Source: Amoebophrya sp. A120
Lineage: Eukaryota; Protista; Dinoflagellata
Reading direction: 5' to 3'
DNA: 64,000 bases
Assembly (NCBI GenBank): GCA_905178155.1
Contig: CAJINV010000001.1
Span: forward strand, 11,280,640-11,344,639
The position numbers were made by a program, and so were the translations under genes. The stretch's first letter is position 1. Each line of letters begins with the position of its first letter. The notes beneath the pieces were generated by a model, which worked only from the letters and a program-made list of their open reading frames with translations, did no database searches and was not told the origin of the DNA. Below are positions 52,181 through 63,956 of the stretch, piece after piece.

Positions 52181-55100
52181 TTAGGTCTGAAACTTCCCTT
52201 CTGGCTCTGTGTAGAAGCCGAATCCCATATCAAAAGGAAAAATCCCCCCTCCCCATATCGAAACGAAGTTTCTGATGCTGGATTTCCATACACAAATCAG
52301 ATTTGTCTTGCAGTAGAGGAGTGCAGGCCGCATATGCCAAGCCTCAGTCGAGAGGCTTTGACGTTGGCGCCTAGCATGACAAACGTGTATGCTCTAAGCC
52401 AAACAGCATGACAAACCGCCTGCAAAATGCGGAAGGCTTTCTGGACTTGCCTTCTTGCAAGACAGACAGGATTTGAGGTCACAAATGCGCATCACAAATT
52501 TTCAGACGGAAACGCTTTCGATATGGGGTGGGGGGATTTTTCCTTTTGATATCCCATTTGAAAGCCGTACTCCTCCCCGATCTCCACGGGTTTGTTTAGC
52601 GGGTGGCTGTCGGATATGGGGGTGTCAGGATTGAAATCGTCAAAGTTGAAAGAATTTGCCATGCATAAAATGGATGCCATTTGAAGCCCAGTTTCCAAGT
52701 GGCGCATGACACAAACAGACTGTGCTACTGCGGGCGAGACATTGTGTATCAGGTGAATTTTTTTTTGGCTTGAGTCCCCCCCTCGCCCCCTCGATCTCGG
52801 ATGTGCGTGTACCAAAACAAGTCATCAGACTTGGAGATACGATCATAACAAACCTATGCACGAGCACGGAGGCTGCGGAGTCGCATGGAAAACAAAAGAC
52901 TCTGAGCGGGTAACAACGCACATGCGCGACCGACGGAAACAAGAAGAAAGAAGCAAGAAGATATGTAAGGAGGGACGAAGGCCTCCCCCCCGAAGGGTTG
53001 GAAAAGATAGCGAAGATGGACAGGAGGAAAAGCCTGTACACATACGTAAAAATAAGGATGGCATAGCAGAATAGAAAAGCGGGAGAGAAGGCCCATGAAA
53101 TAGGAAGTAAGTAACAAAATAGCACAGCAGCCGGGAAAAAAAGCACGACCAGCTGGGATCCGGGGTGAAGGCCGGAAAATTGATAGACCAGCGAAATGTA
53201 AAAGTAGAGATGAAAAGGCGAACGAGGGGCGAAGGCCTCGAGAGCAAGGACTAGGTAAACGGCATGCTGTGGCGCAAAGACAGTTTGAATAAGCGCGCGA
53301 CTACGCACAGGTTACGACAGTAAAAATCATAAGTGTGATAAGGGATAAATGCAGAAAGAAACTAATTACAATGGAAATCCATGCAGCAAGAGGTAGACAT
53401 ACATCGTAGCACAGTCTGAGTAATGACGTCATGCAGCAACCAGGGACCACGGCGGCAACCCGGGCCCTACGGACCTGGCACTCCCAACTATACTCCTCAC
53501 ACAAAACGCCACCAATACAACTGTAGGACATAGCCAACCACCCCGGAGCACCTACACCAGCAACGGGGGCGGAAACGGCGCAGCCCACTTCGCCTTCCTA
53601 TCTGGCAGAGCACAGACCACCAGCACACTTTGAAAACTGGCAGCTATTTTTCTTTGCCACGTTCACTATGGCAATACCTTGGCAGGGACGCACGCACAAC
53701 AGCACGCGCCCCATGCAGAGAAGGCGCATGACAAATTTGGGCAGAGCCTAAATCCAGTTGGTCATGCTGTTTGGGTAAGGGCGACGCCAACGCCTTTTGT
53801 CATGCTACTTTAGCAGCTCTATTTCTAGCCCTCAAAAGGCTTACAATCTGCCTCCCTTGCGTCCTCTGCAATAGAGGCACTTCATGCCTTGCAGTTTATG
53901 CATGAGAAATTATTTCAACTTTGACGATTTCAATCCTGACGCTTCCATATCGGAGAGTTTGACGAGCGGTAACTCGTCCTGGACCCGCTCTCCGTCCACG
54001 ATTCCGGTGTTCTCCGTGGTATCCGCCACGAGGCCGTAGAACTCCCCGAGTCCCGTGGGACCGTTACCCATCATGTCGGTGGCGCGGTCGATCACGCGCG
54101 CCAGGTAGAGGACGACCAGAACGATCACAACGGTAGTGGCCACGTACATGGTAAACACCTGCAGCCCTGCCGCCTTGTCCGCCTCTCGACTGGGATAGCG
54201 GGTCCATTTCTCCAGTGCGGTCTGGGCGTCGTTGGAAACGAACGGAGAGCCAAAGACGGCGGAGGCCATCACGTTATAGGGGTACACCGCACAGACGCCC
54301 AGAAAACTGCAGTCCCAGATGAAAACGGCTAGCCGCAGGCCCAGCAGCAAAAACGCCCCCGTGCGAACCGACTTCAGCTTGCCTGCTGAATTGTCCAGCC
54401 CCGCAAGAATGCCAACGAATCCGGCGCCCGTGGCTACGACGGCCTGTCAGTTTATTTCTTTCTTTTTTCGGTTGGTAGTCCTAGTCGCACTTGCTGCAAC
54501 TGATAGATATGTATTGACTTTCCCCCTGAGAATTCATTCATTCATTCACGCAAGCGATTATCCTTGTTGGAGAGAGTTTCGCCATCGCCTTCTCATGCGC
54601 ATCGTTTTCTCTCGGATGTGCTTACAAGTGTATCTTTTTTATTTTTCCTATACAGGTGTGTCTTTTTTCCCCCTGAGAATTTCAAGTACAACGAACCGAA
54701 CAAGAGCTAGTAGAATCGAATGTCCATGTTGCAACTTCGACAAGTATTTTTAGATTTCGCAAATCCTGATGGAATCGCACCACACTCACGATGCAAAAAA
54801 GCGAAAGAGTAAGAATTTAGGTGAATTTAAAGCTTTAGCAGTACGTCCACACTGATCCGCAGGTAATAGGACCATTTTTGCACCGCGTCGCAACTGATGG
54901 GCGATTGTGCAATGCCCGCGGCAGTCGTTGCTGGCTCTGTTTTCAAGTATCCGAAGGTCTTGTAGGAATACACAGTCCACAAGCAAAGCTGTCCCAAGCC
55001 GGCAACGAACAATACATACGTATCCAAGCAAAATCATTTTGTTCGAATAAAGCCACTGGACTGTCTGCAGCTGCTCCCTGTTGAGTTGTATTTAAAGACA

Positions 55101-55253
55101 GAGAGCAGGGGGCAACAAATGACAAAAGGAGAAAAAACAAACATGTTGTCTGAAGTCATGATTTTGCTCACGATACAGCGAGAGAAAGCTGATGCCAGCT
55201 TTTGCGGGAACGCATCCACAACAGGTGCCATATTTCATTGTAAAAAAAGCCAT
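52181..55253 (-). CDS. Alveolate-type multi-pass membrane protein (possibly GAP40-related) interrupted by two TIR introners
   Basis: N-terminus MAFFTMKYGTCCGCVPAKAGISFLSLY and several TM helices. The C-terminus ...KLSDSHPLNKPVEIGEEYGFQMGFGFYTEPEGKFQT* reads through only after removing both elements. The GAP40 resemblance is from memory and unverified. Confidence 0.6.
52228..52551. mobile_element. TIR introner (324 bp), TSD TCCCA
   Basis: TIR tatcaaaaggaaaaatcccccctccccatatcgaaa / tttcgatatggggtggggggatttttccttttgata. TCCCA at 52223-52227 and 52552-52556. Two GCATGACAAA motifs. Confidence 0.88.
52615..53949. mobile_element. TIR introner (1335 bp) of the 47945 family with a nested ~1 kb insertion; TSD TCGGA
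   Basis: TIR containing gtcaggattgaaatcgtcaaagttgaaa at both ends. TCGGA at 52610-52614 and 53950-53954. The internal sequence is the reverse complement of the 47945 copy. Confidence 0.88.
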
Positions 55254-56539
55254 GGCGATTGTACTGCTGGGTGCTGGATTGGTATCTTTGCTCTCACATT
55301 CCTTCTACATAGTCGCTACACCATTTCCATTCCGCGCCACCGCTGCAGCGACGGACAATAAGACGACGGCTATGGCTTGCGCAGAACAAACACAGAAGAC
55401 TGGTCTTGAAAATGAAAAGGAGAAGCGCTACGCAGGAGACTTTTCCGTCATGAAGATTGGCAGCAACGACGACCAAGAAACATATTCATATGTGGTGTGG
55501 TGCCCCCCGCGCTCGTCTCTTACTTTTGGTCTAAACTCGCTCTTGTTTTCTTGGGTCACACAGCGTCACGCTCTCGATTTCTATCTCTCTATTCAAATAG
55601 TTCCACGCGGACCACTGTTAACCCGCATTCGGAAAACGGCACTCTGCCGAGATGATTTTCCGCCGCACTCTAAATCCCCGCGGGATTGCCCATTGGCGTA
55701 CACCTACATACACAACTCAGATGGAAGCCACATAAAGTATTCTCGCGAAAGAGGAATGAAGCAAGAGGAGGTCATCTGGCCGCCCTGTGTATCTGCAAAC
55801 TTTTTTATTTTCTCCGTCGTGTACCTACCGCAGCTGGGGCGAGCTACATTGTTTACATTTCCATTTTTGCGTCAACTCACGTGTCGTCTTTGTCGTGTGC
55901 AGTTCAGAATCATGATGAATACTAGTGATGTAGTGAAAGTGGAAGTGTTTGTGGAGGGAGGAAGGACGGAGATGTACTAGGGGTCAGAAAATATACATTT
56001 TTTGCCCGTCCAGCTCCAGAGACATCACTTAGCAAAACCTTTCATTCTTTCTTCATCTACAACATTCCGAACGGATTTGCATGCTTTTTAAGGTCGTAGT
56101 TGTTCTTCATCCTCAACATACTCATAGCTAGGAAGACTACTTATTTTTGGAATTTCCCCTCGTAGTCGTAATCGCGTGTTGCTCGATGCCAGTCTGGACG
56201 CCGGATCTGCTGCAGCTCCGGCTGCCTGGGGGTAGAATACTGCAGACTTCTCTCGTAAATGACATCGAAGGTCGTGAAAGTCGCACTGCGAAGGGGTGGG
56301 TCGTCGTGGTCGCTTTTCTTTTATTTCTTCCATGTCTTCTTCTAGTTCTGGCTGTGCTACTGGTCGGCATCACAGGGGCCGCGCTCGATCCATCTAGCAT
56401 CTATTCCTGATGCGCCGGCGGCGTGACAGAACTCCTTCTTTCGCATCACGGCCAAGCAAACGTCTGGCTCGTCTTCGTCGTCGGGGTTGACAACCTGGTC
56501 GCTAGAAGTGGGAGTCAAGGACAAGGTCATGCTTCAGCT

Positions 56540-57538
56540 TCATGCCGCTGCTCCCGTTCCCACCGTTTCTGTCCTAATTTGCTCTCTCCAGGTATCGAAG
56601 ATGTGTTGCGCGCGTTCGCTGATCTCTTTATCCTTACGCTGGATCACCGGGTTGTCGGCCCAGTACCGAATCTCCCGCGCCAGGCCGGTCTTGGACAGCA
56701 TGTCCTTCGTATACTTCGTCTTCTCGAGCTGGTTAAATATGCTTTCCACCTCGGTTCGTTCGAACCGGCCCAAGTTCCCCGTATACTCCACCCACATGTT
56801 CATCAAGTGATCGCCATCACAGTCGTCCTCCAGAAATTCGTTGCCCTGAAGGTCTCTGCGGTTCCGCGAGGCTCCCTTCTCCGTCAGCTTGAGCCCGATG
56901 CTCACCATGGAGCCGGGTTTGGCAAGCGCGCATTTTTTCTGGTCGTCGGCGCCAGGCATAATCCGCAGTCCGTCGATGCTGGTGCCGTTCGTGCTCCGGT
57001 CCTCGATAACGAGCATTTCCGGATAGTTCAGGCTCTCAGAGACCAGCATCTGTTCGTTGCTCACTTTCAGATTGTTCCGTGCCATCTTTCGGGTATACGC
57101 ATGCTTTCCGCTGCCACCTTGTTTTTTGGAAGAAGGTATAATGGAATTTTCATTTTTCTGTCGCTACCCGGCCATAGGGTAGAGCGTACTAGTAGTACTA
57201 CATTAATTTATTCTCGACCTCTTTTTCTGATGAGACGAGGATCTATTCTATAACTATAATCACAGCGAAGGACATCACAATATTATTATTAATATTTTTG
57301 AGCGTCACGCTTCTGCATTTTTCGAGGATCGAGACCAAGTTCATCATTATCTTCAGCTGCGACTGTTTATATTTTGTATCTACTCTCATACATCATTGAA
57401 GTCGTGAGAAACAAGAAGTTCCGATGCCGGGCCTCTTCAAAAAACACATAGGTCAATACCGTTTTTGCTCCTGCCGGGGACGACCATAGCATCCAGAACG
57501 TGGGGGTGGTAGGGGATCAGCACGAATTTTGCGCCCAT
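56540..57538 (-). CDS. FHA-domain plus TFIIS N-terminal (Med26/IWS1-type) domain protein; 3' end uncertain
   Basis: FHA motifs VPGRS, SGKHA and IEDRSTNGTSIDG..GSMVSIG, followed by the TFIIS-N-like LEKTKYTKDMLSKTGLAREIR...AQHIFDTWREQI. Confidence 0.7.
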
Positions 57539-58447
57539 GATCCTTGCCCGCAGTCGACAAAGCTTGACTGTTATGTCATTATTGCGTTTTTTCTTTCGTA
57601 TCGCTTCCTTGTCCGTCATCCGCCGCATCTCGCGAGCACGCTGGTTGTTCTGCTGCTTGTGCTGTATTCGAATTTGTTGGAGACGATTATAGAAGCGGAC
57701 AGTACTACACGCGCAGCAATCACAAAAGCCGACTTGGAACATCTTCGCTTCATCTTCGACTAAAAACAGTATGTGTAGTTAGAAAGTGAATTTATCAGTT
57801 TTCCGTTCATAGAAACAAATCAAGCAGCAGCTGCAGGTATGGTACCCGCTCTTCGTCTCTGTCCAGTTCGCGTTCCTCCTCATCTTCGTTCCGAAATTAT
57901 CCGAACCAAATTCGCGAGAGTCGCATCTTCGTCGTCGTGTACGTGAACGTCTACTTTGCGTTTAACGTCTTAAGTGACAACAACCAAAGATTGCACTACA
58001 AAGATGCATGTGAATCCAGATCATGCCAACATTAAATCATACGTACCTATCTTTTTTAGTATTTATTTTGTCCCGGCACTGTGACCGTGACCGTGTTCCT
58101 CGGCCTCGTTTTGTATTCAATCGCACGAACGGATGTTGATCTTCGAGCATGAATCAACAGCGCATGTTGTTCACGAACGGTACTGGAGGAGACCAGAAAT
58201 AATGCAAAGAAGAATGGGATGAAAAATACACCCTAGGCACCAGTAGTGTTAGAGTGCAACACTCCACTTGCGACCCTATCATGATTTTGCGCATCGTGAT
58301 GCAAATAGTGTGTGACACAAGCAGCAGAACAAGCATAACTCAATGTGTACACGTAGTAGACCTTAGGTTGTGGCTGCAGGCTAAAGAGGTGCTGAGCTGA
58401 GGTAGACGACCACGACGACAAATGCGGCGCCATGATGGAACTCCAAT

Positions 58448-59858
58448 TCATATTGGTCCGGGTCGTTTGTACTCGTCCCGCAGGTTGGACTCGTCACGTC
58501 GCTGGTACCCCGGGATTCCCGAGTTGTAATTATTCCTCGTGTTATAGTTTGAAGTACTGCTACTACTGGCAGGGTTTCCACCCGCTTTGCTCGCATGCTG
58601 ATCCTGATGGGCGTTTTTCGTACCGGGCCCGCTTGTGCTGGACGCTGCTGCGCCCATGGCTTCTTCCCTGGTTCGCTTTCTCGCCCGAAAGAGCGGGTTG
58701 TCGTACCCCGCTCGTGTGGAAGGATTCCCGAACACGTTAGTTGACTCCGCCTTTGCATTCCACCTGTGAAATAAATCAAAATGAATTTTTACCATGACGA
58801 AGGGAAAAATTGACGATATGCTGACGCCGGACAAGATGACGAGCAGGCGCCGTGTCAACATTTCATCTGATGATGATGCAATGCATTCAACAAATGAAGT
58901 AAAAACGAGCCCGACGCGGACGATTGATCAATTTTGAGAAGTCATGACACTTTCACAACGATAGAGTTTCTTTTCTACCTTCCATGCCCTCGCGCGCCCA
59001 TGGCGCTCATCCCGGTGTGGTTTGCTTTCGGCGGGGGTGGAGGACGAGGCGGGTTGGTACTACTTGGCATGCGAGGGTGGTGCACGCCAACTGGCGGCTC
59101 GGGCTCCGAGCCGGAAGAGGCTTGAGGTACGTACATCGGATTGTAGCCGCGGGGGCGGCCGGCGTAGGGATCCCGTTCCGCGTAATTCTCTTTGTTCGCG
59201 TAATAGTTGAAGAAGCTGGAGCTGGCGCTGCCGCTCGCCGTCGAGTGGGTGTGTGAGGTTATCAAAGGGAAGGACTCTTGGACTAGCATATTCAACGACG
59301 TCTTTATTTTGTTGGCAGCCAGAAAAGAAACAAACAAACTCGACCAGGACCAATCCATGCTACTGCAAGATGAGAGTTATGTACTTATTTTCTTCGTACG
59401 TGTGATGTTGCATGTGTCATCACGGAAGGTATCTCAATCTCGCATCGTGAAGCAATTCAGTATATAAATAAAATAAAAATTCCAGGAGCAGCCTACATGC
59501 AAATTATCCGTCTGAATCTGAAAGTGTATGCTCATGCTAGCCCAGGTACAAAACACTTCTATGGGATAGAGAAGTTGTGGTGATGGTAGGCACCTCCTCC
59601 TCCCGCGGTAGGCGTCGTGCCGCTGGATTTGCCGCCCTCCATGGTCCAGCCCCATACCTTGTGCTCCTGCTGGATCTTCTCATAATTGGCCTGAATATCG
59701 GCGAACTTTTGGTTCGCCTTTTCCTGCGATATCGGATCCTTCGCCGCCTTGTCAGGGTGGTGCTGGAGGCAGAGCTGCTTGTAGATCTTGCGGGCCCGCG
59801 CCGGGCTCAGGGAACGGGAGATCCCTAACGCCTGGAACGGATCGGCGTCGTACTCCAT
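58448..59858 (-). CDS. DnaJ/Hsp40 J-domain protein (type C) with low-complexity C-terminus; 3' end approximate
   Basis: DPFQALGI...YKQLCLQHHPDK...FADIQANYEKI, including the HPD motif. Confidence 0.85.
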
Positions 59859-61187
59859 CTTTAACTTTCTTGCTGACACAGAGACAGATAATTGGAAATA
59901 GGGTATGAGCACAAATAAATCAATGCTATATCCTTTTTGTGAATCTGAATCTGTAAACTACAATCGACTCTACTCGTCGCATCATTTAGGGCCTAAATTT
60001 GAGGCATTGAAGTATTACTAAATCATGAGGACATGGACATCGGGTCTTCAAAAAAAAACGAACGAAGGAGAGACAAAGAAAGTTGAAGTTGTGAGCAAAA
60101 ATATCGCAAAAAAAGATGAGGGCGGCGCGACCTCTGTAGAGAAATTTCTATTGTTAGATGATCTCTTTCTTTTAGCTTTACACCATGCTGAACGTTGAGC
60201 GGCAATTGGAACTATTACTAACTATAACTAAGTCAGCACCCGGCGGTGCTGAAATCATCTCCCTGCCAGACAGTTTGTAGATAAAGATCGAGATAATTGA
60301 TTTATCAACTTCAACGTAAGTACCTAAGTGACTGAACCTGAGTTACAAATCGCTTGGAAAATATCCAAAACGTGCGAGTGGTGCGTAGCGGGATACCTAA
60401 TGTTAATTCGTGGCGGGCTAGTGAATACTCGCCCATTCTTGATCGTCGTTCATCAATCGCACAGGAAGAGCTGGTTACTAGATAGACTAGATCGTATCTT
60501 TTCAAGCGATTATTCATCTACTTGCTGGAGCTGTGTGGCGCATATACCTAGTACTAGTTCAACTTCAATCAGACTGACATAGAAATAAGCGTGGGTGTGG
60601 GTGTGCATCGTCGGTGCAAATATATTAACGGCACATAACACGTTTTAGCTTCAGTTGTGAGTATGAGAGTCGACGTTTCTTACAGTCATGACCTCCATTT
60701 CAGCATAAGCGCTTATTGCAACAGAGGCAGCCGCTGGAACAGCAACTGCAGACACAGGGAAGTAGACGATCTTCCTCCTGAGAATTACCGGAAGAGAGCA
60801 GATCGTGAGAAACGTTCTTCATGTGGCGCTATCCATATTCTTCGTTTTTACCTATTTTCCTTCAACTTCTTGATGCTTGTTTGTCTCAAGGTTTCTTTCT
60901 GATTCTGCTGTCGAAGATCATTCGCGCTCGGCCTCAAAGGCTGCTTGTAGCTTCATCATCTCCATTCCAACCCTAACCGACGCCGCAGCAGAGTGAAAGG
61001 ACGGCAAAAGCGATTGAAAAAATCATGGATGAAAATCAAGACTCATAATTCAAAACTCCAATCTGTAGGTTGCAAAGGAAAAATTGCATATGGAAAATTA
61101 ATAGTACCTGTACCGGGATCATGTTAGATTTTGTTGCTGCGGCAGAAATGGATCATCATGGTCATGCTCTACAACTGCTTCAGACCT

Positions 61188-63468
61188 TCACAACTCCACA
61201 ACCAATTTCCCGACGCTAGCGGCGCTGCTGAGCACAGTATGGGCTTCTCGCGCATCCTTCAAAACTGTGACTGGAATGGCTTTGCCGATCACGCCCTTTT
61301 CGACGTAACCCACTATCATGTCGAAGTAGTATTTCAGCACTTCCGTCTCCTTCGCGAAGAAGCTGATTTAAAGGGGAATTTGGCATGCATGCAAACACAA
61401 ATTTGCATGAAAAAGGCAGATTTTTTTTAGGAAAAGTAGCCACTGAAACTGATGAAAATGATTTTGGGATTCCGTATTCCCATGTTGAATCTTTTTCTTT
61501 CATGAAGATTTATCGGTGCGTAAGCGTATTCAAAATCAAATCGTGCTTTCATTACCTCAGATTGAACCCGATAGCGCCCTTACTCGCGACGGTCATATTC
61601 ATGGGGTCAAATCTGGGCATTCCCTGCACCATCTTGTAGAGCATTTTGAGCCACTGCCAGGGACTGAGAAAAGCCGCGGCGCTGGCAGAGGGCACGTTGG
61701 TGTGGAAGCCGTAGATGATAAGTCGCCCCCCCTGTGCCAGGTGGCTGTAGCTTTTCGCCAGCGTTTCCTGTCCGTTCGCGTCGAAAATCGCCTGGAACTC
61801 GTCGTCACCGACGTCATCGCCCCGCGACGGACTGGACATATCTTCTACCACGTTGTAGTCATCGAGTTTCTTGCTCGAGGCCACGACAGCTGCTTTGGCT
61901 TTGCGTTGCTGCCAGAGTTCTGTTTTGAGCACCACGGAGTCGCAAATGCCCATATCCTTTAGGGTTTGAATCTTCTGCGGTCGGCCGACGACACCCACCA
62001 CGGGAGAGCACCCGAACCTCTTGGCGAGCGTGCAGAGCATCGTACCCACGCCACCGGCTGCGCTGTGCACGAGCACACCTGGTTGTCGTTTGTTCAACTT
62101 AAGTTTTTTTTGCAGGGAGCTGCGATCAGTGTGTTTATACATTTCTTTGACAAAATCGTTCGTTTTGTCCTCTGTATGTGTATGGAAGTGAAAAACACGT
62201 TGAGTCGATGTGTTTTTTTTATTTCGAAGTTTGTAACGTCGCGAGTTTAACTTTAATTCATCGATTCGCGGCGTTACTTTGTACTGCTATTCTTTGGCAT
62301 GAGCCATCTTCATCTATGCGCTGCAATCTATAGATACCTTTATTAGTGGTTCGCGGAGCCACGTCGGGTGAGAAGCCAGCGAGGTGCAAAGCGTGCACAG
62401 CGGTGTGACAGACAGCGGGAAGCGCAGCAGCTCTTTCTGGCTCGAGACCTGATACCACGACATGATCATCCAGTTGTAAAGAAATTTTCACACTCGAACC
62501 AGAACGACTACGTTGTGAAGGTGGCATCGCAACAGCAAGAGCAACTTGATGAAGAAGATCGCAAAATAATTCCGGTCAAGCAAGATAGAGAGTCAACGTA
62601 AAGAAATGCGACCAAGTATACCTTTCGGCACCTTACGGAGCTGCCGGACGGGGACTAATACGCGGGAGGAATTATCCTGCGCAAAAGTATCGCACTCGTA
62701 GTAATTGCAGTTATTCTTTCTCAAGTTAAATCCGCATCAGAAATTTCATTTCTGATGCTGAGGAAGTTTGTCATGCGATTTCTACTAGTACGATAGTTTT
62801 GCAATGCATAGGAATACCCGCCGAACAATGTCGCGCCAAACACGCTGTCACCTGGCTTGAAGCCGGCTTTTGTCCCGGCTCGCTCGACGACCCCGGCGAC
62901 ATCGAATCCCGGACAGATTGGCCACCCAACAAATTTATTTGCGGAGTCGTAGAGCCCCCAGCGAATACAGACGTCCGCGTAGTTTACGCTGAAATGGGTA
63001 ACCTGAATGAACAAGGACTTGCGTATACTAGATTAGATGCAACATTACACCAAAAAATATAACAAATAACAAGATGAATTGAAGTAAGTTGCATGTTCTA
63101 CATCTTTATCTACCGCGGTCACCAGTACACCGTCGAAGCATCCGCGAGCAAATGTAAATTGTGTGTGTTCTTGTTCATACCTTGAGTAAGACACAGTCCT
63201 CCGGTAAGGTTTCCGGTATCGTGATCACGGGGCCCGGCGAGAGGGGCGGAAGGTTGTAGCCGATGGTGCACTCGTTTTCCGCCATTTTTCGCTTCCGCAC
63301 CTGGTTGATGCTCCCCGGCCGGTGGATGAGATAACAGTAGTTGTCTTTCTCTGCGATGTCGTCATCCGGCACGGGCTGCCGCTTCAACACTTTCAAATCC
63401 AACCAGTCGTACAAGTTCCAGAGCACAGCATCGAGCTGGAACTTAAACTGCTCGTAGGAATCCCACAT
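61188..63468 (-). CDS. VAT-1-like zinc-independent medium-chain quinone oxidoreductase (MDR family)
   Basis: Motifs SVNYADVCIRWGLY, PGFDVAGVVE, GDSVFGATLFGGYSSRVLVP, VLVHSAAGGVG, IFDANG, GGRLIIYG and SVGKLVVEL*. GT-AG introns plus one TIR introner. Confidence 0.88.
62673..62810. mobile_element. TIR introner (138 bp), TSD GGAAT
   Basis: Left end tatcctgcgcaaaagtatcgcactcgtag versus right-end reverse complement tatgcattgcaaaactatcgtactagtag. GGAAT at 62668-62672 and 62811-62815. TGTCATGC inside. Confidence 0.85.
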
Positions 63469-63956
63469 GGTAAGAGTATGAATATCGACCGACACTGACA
63501 CAGATAAGTAGACGAGGTCAAAACCAGTCTGGAAAGAAATAGACTTCTTAAGACAACCTGGGTCCGAGTGCACTGGAAGGTTAGTGCGATACGACCCGCA
63601 CCCTGAACATTAACAAAGTGCTTACTTAACGTACGAGTTGGTACGACTCTTTCATTATTCTATCTCTGATGATGAGAGCAGTAAAAGTAATCATGACGCG
63701 GTACGCAAAACTGCAACATCCATGACGATAAAATGCGACAACAAAGCAGTGCGCAGACTACACAAACCACATGAACCAAGAGAAAACGCAAACAACAAGA
63801 AGCGGAACCGATACAAAAAAAAAACAGAACAGGGCGCCCGGCGGGGTGCGTCGTAGCACCGGGGAAACTTTGAGTCCCACAGTTTCAAGTCCAATCCCGA
63901 GCTGTCTACAGTTTCAAAGCAAAGGCTCTCGGGTTGACTATGTCGAGATCCGACAA

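Noticed and set aside
52640-53308. 222-aa hydrophobic ORF inside the large element
   Set aside because: Explained by T-rich strand bias; no transposase or RT motifs.
55192-55980. 262-aa + strand ORF in the minus-strand array
   Set aside because: Overlaps the start of the minus-strand membrane gene, has no recognisable domain and runs against the array orientation; not excluded but unsupported.
56423-57253. 276-aa + strand ORF
   Set aside because: Antisense shadow of the FHA/TFIIS-N gene.
60233-60252. 8-bp hairpin tcagcacc-cggc-ggtgctga
   Set aside because: An isolated short IR is expected by chance in 64 kb.
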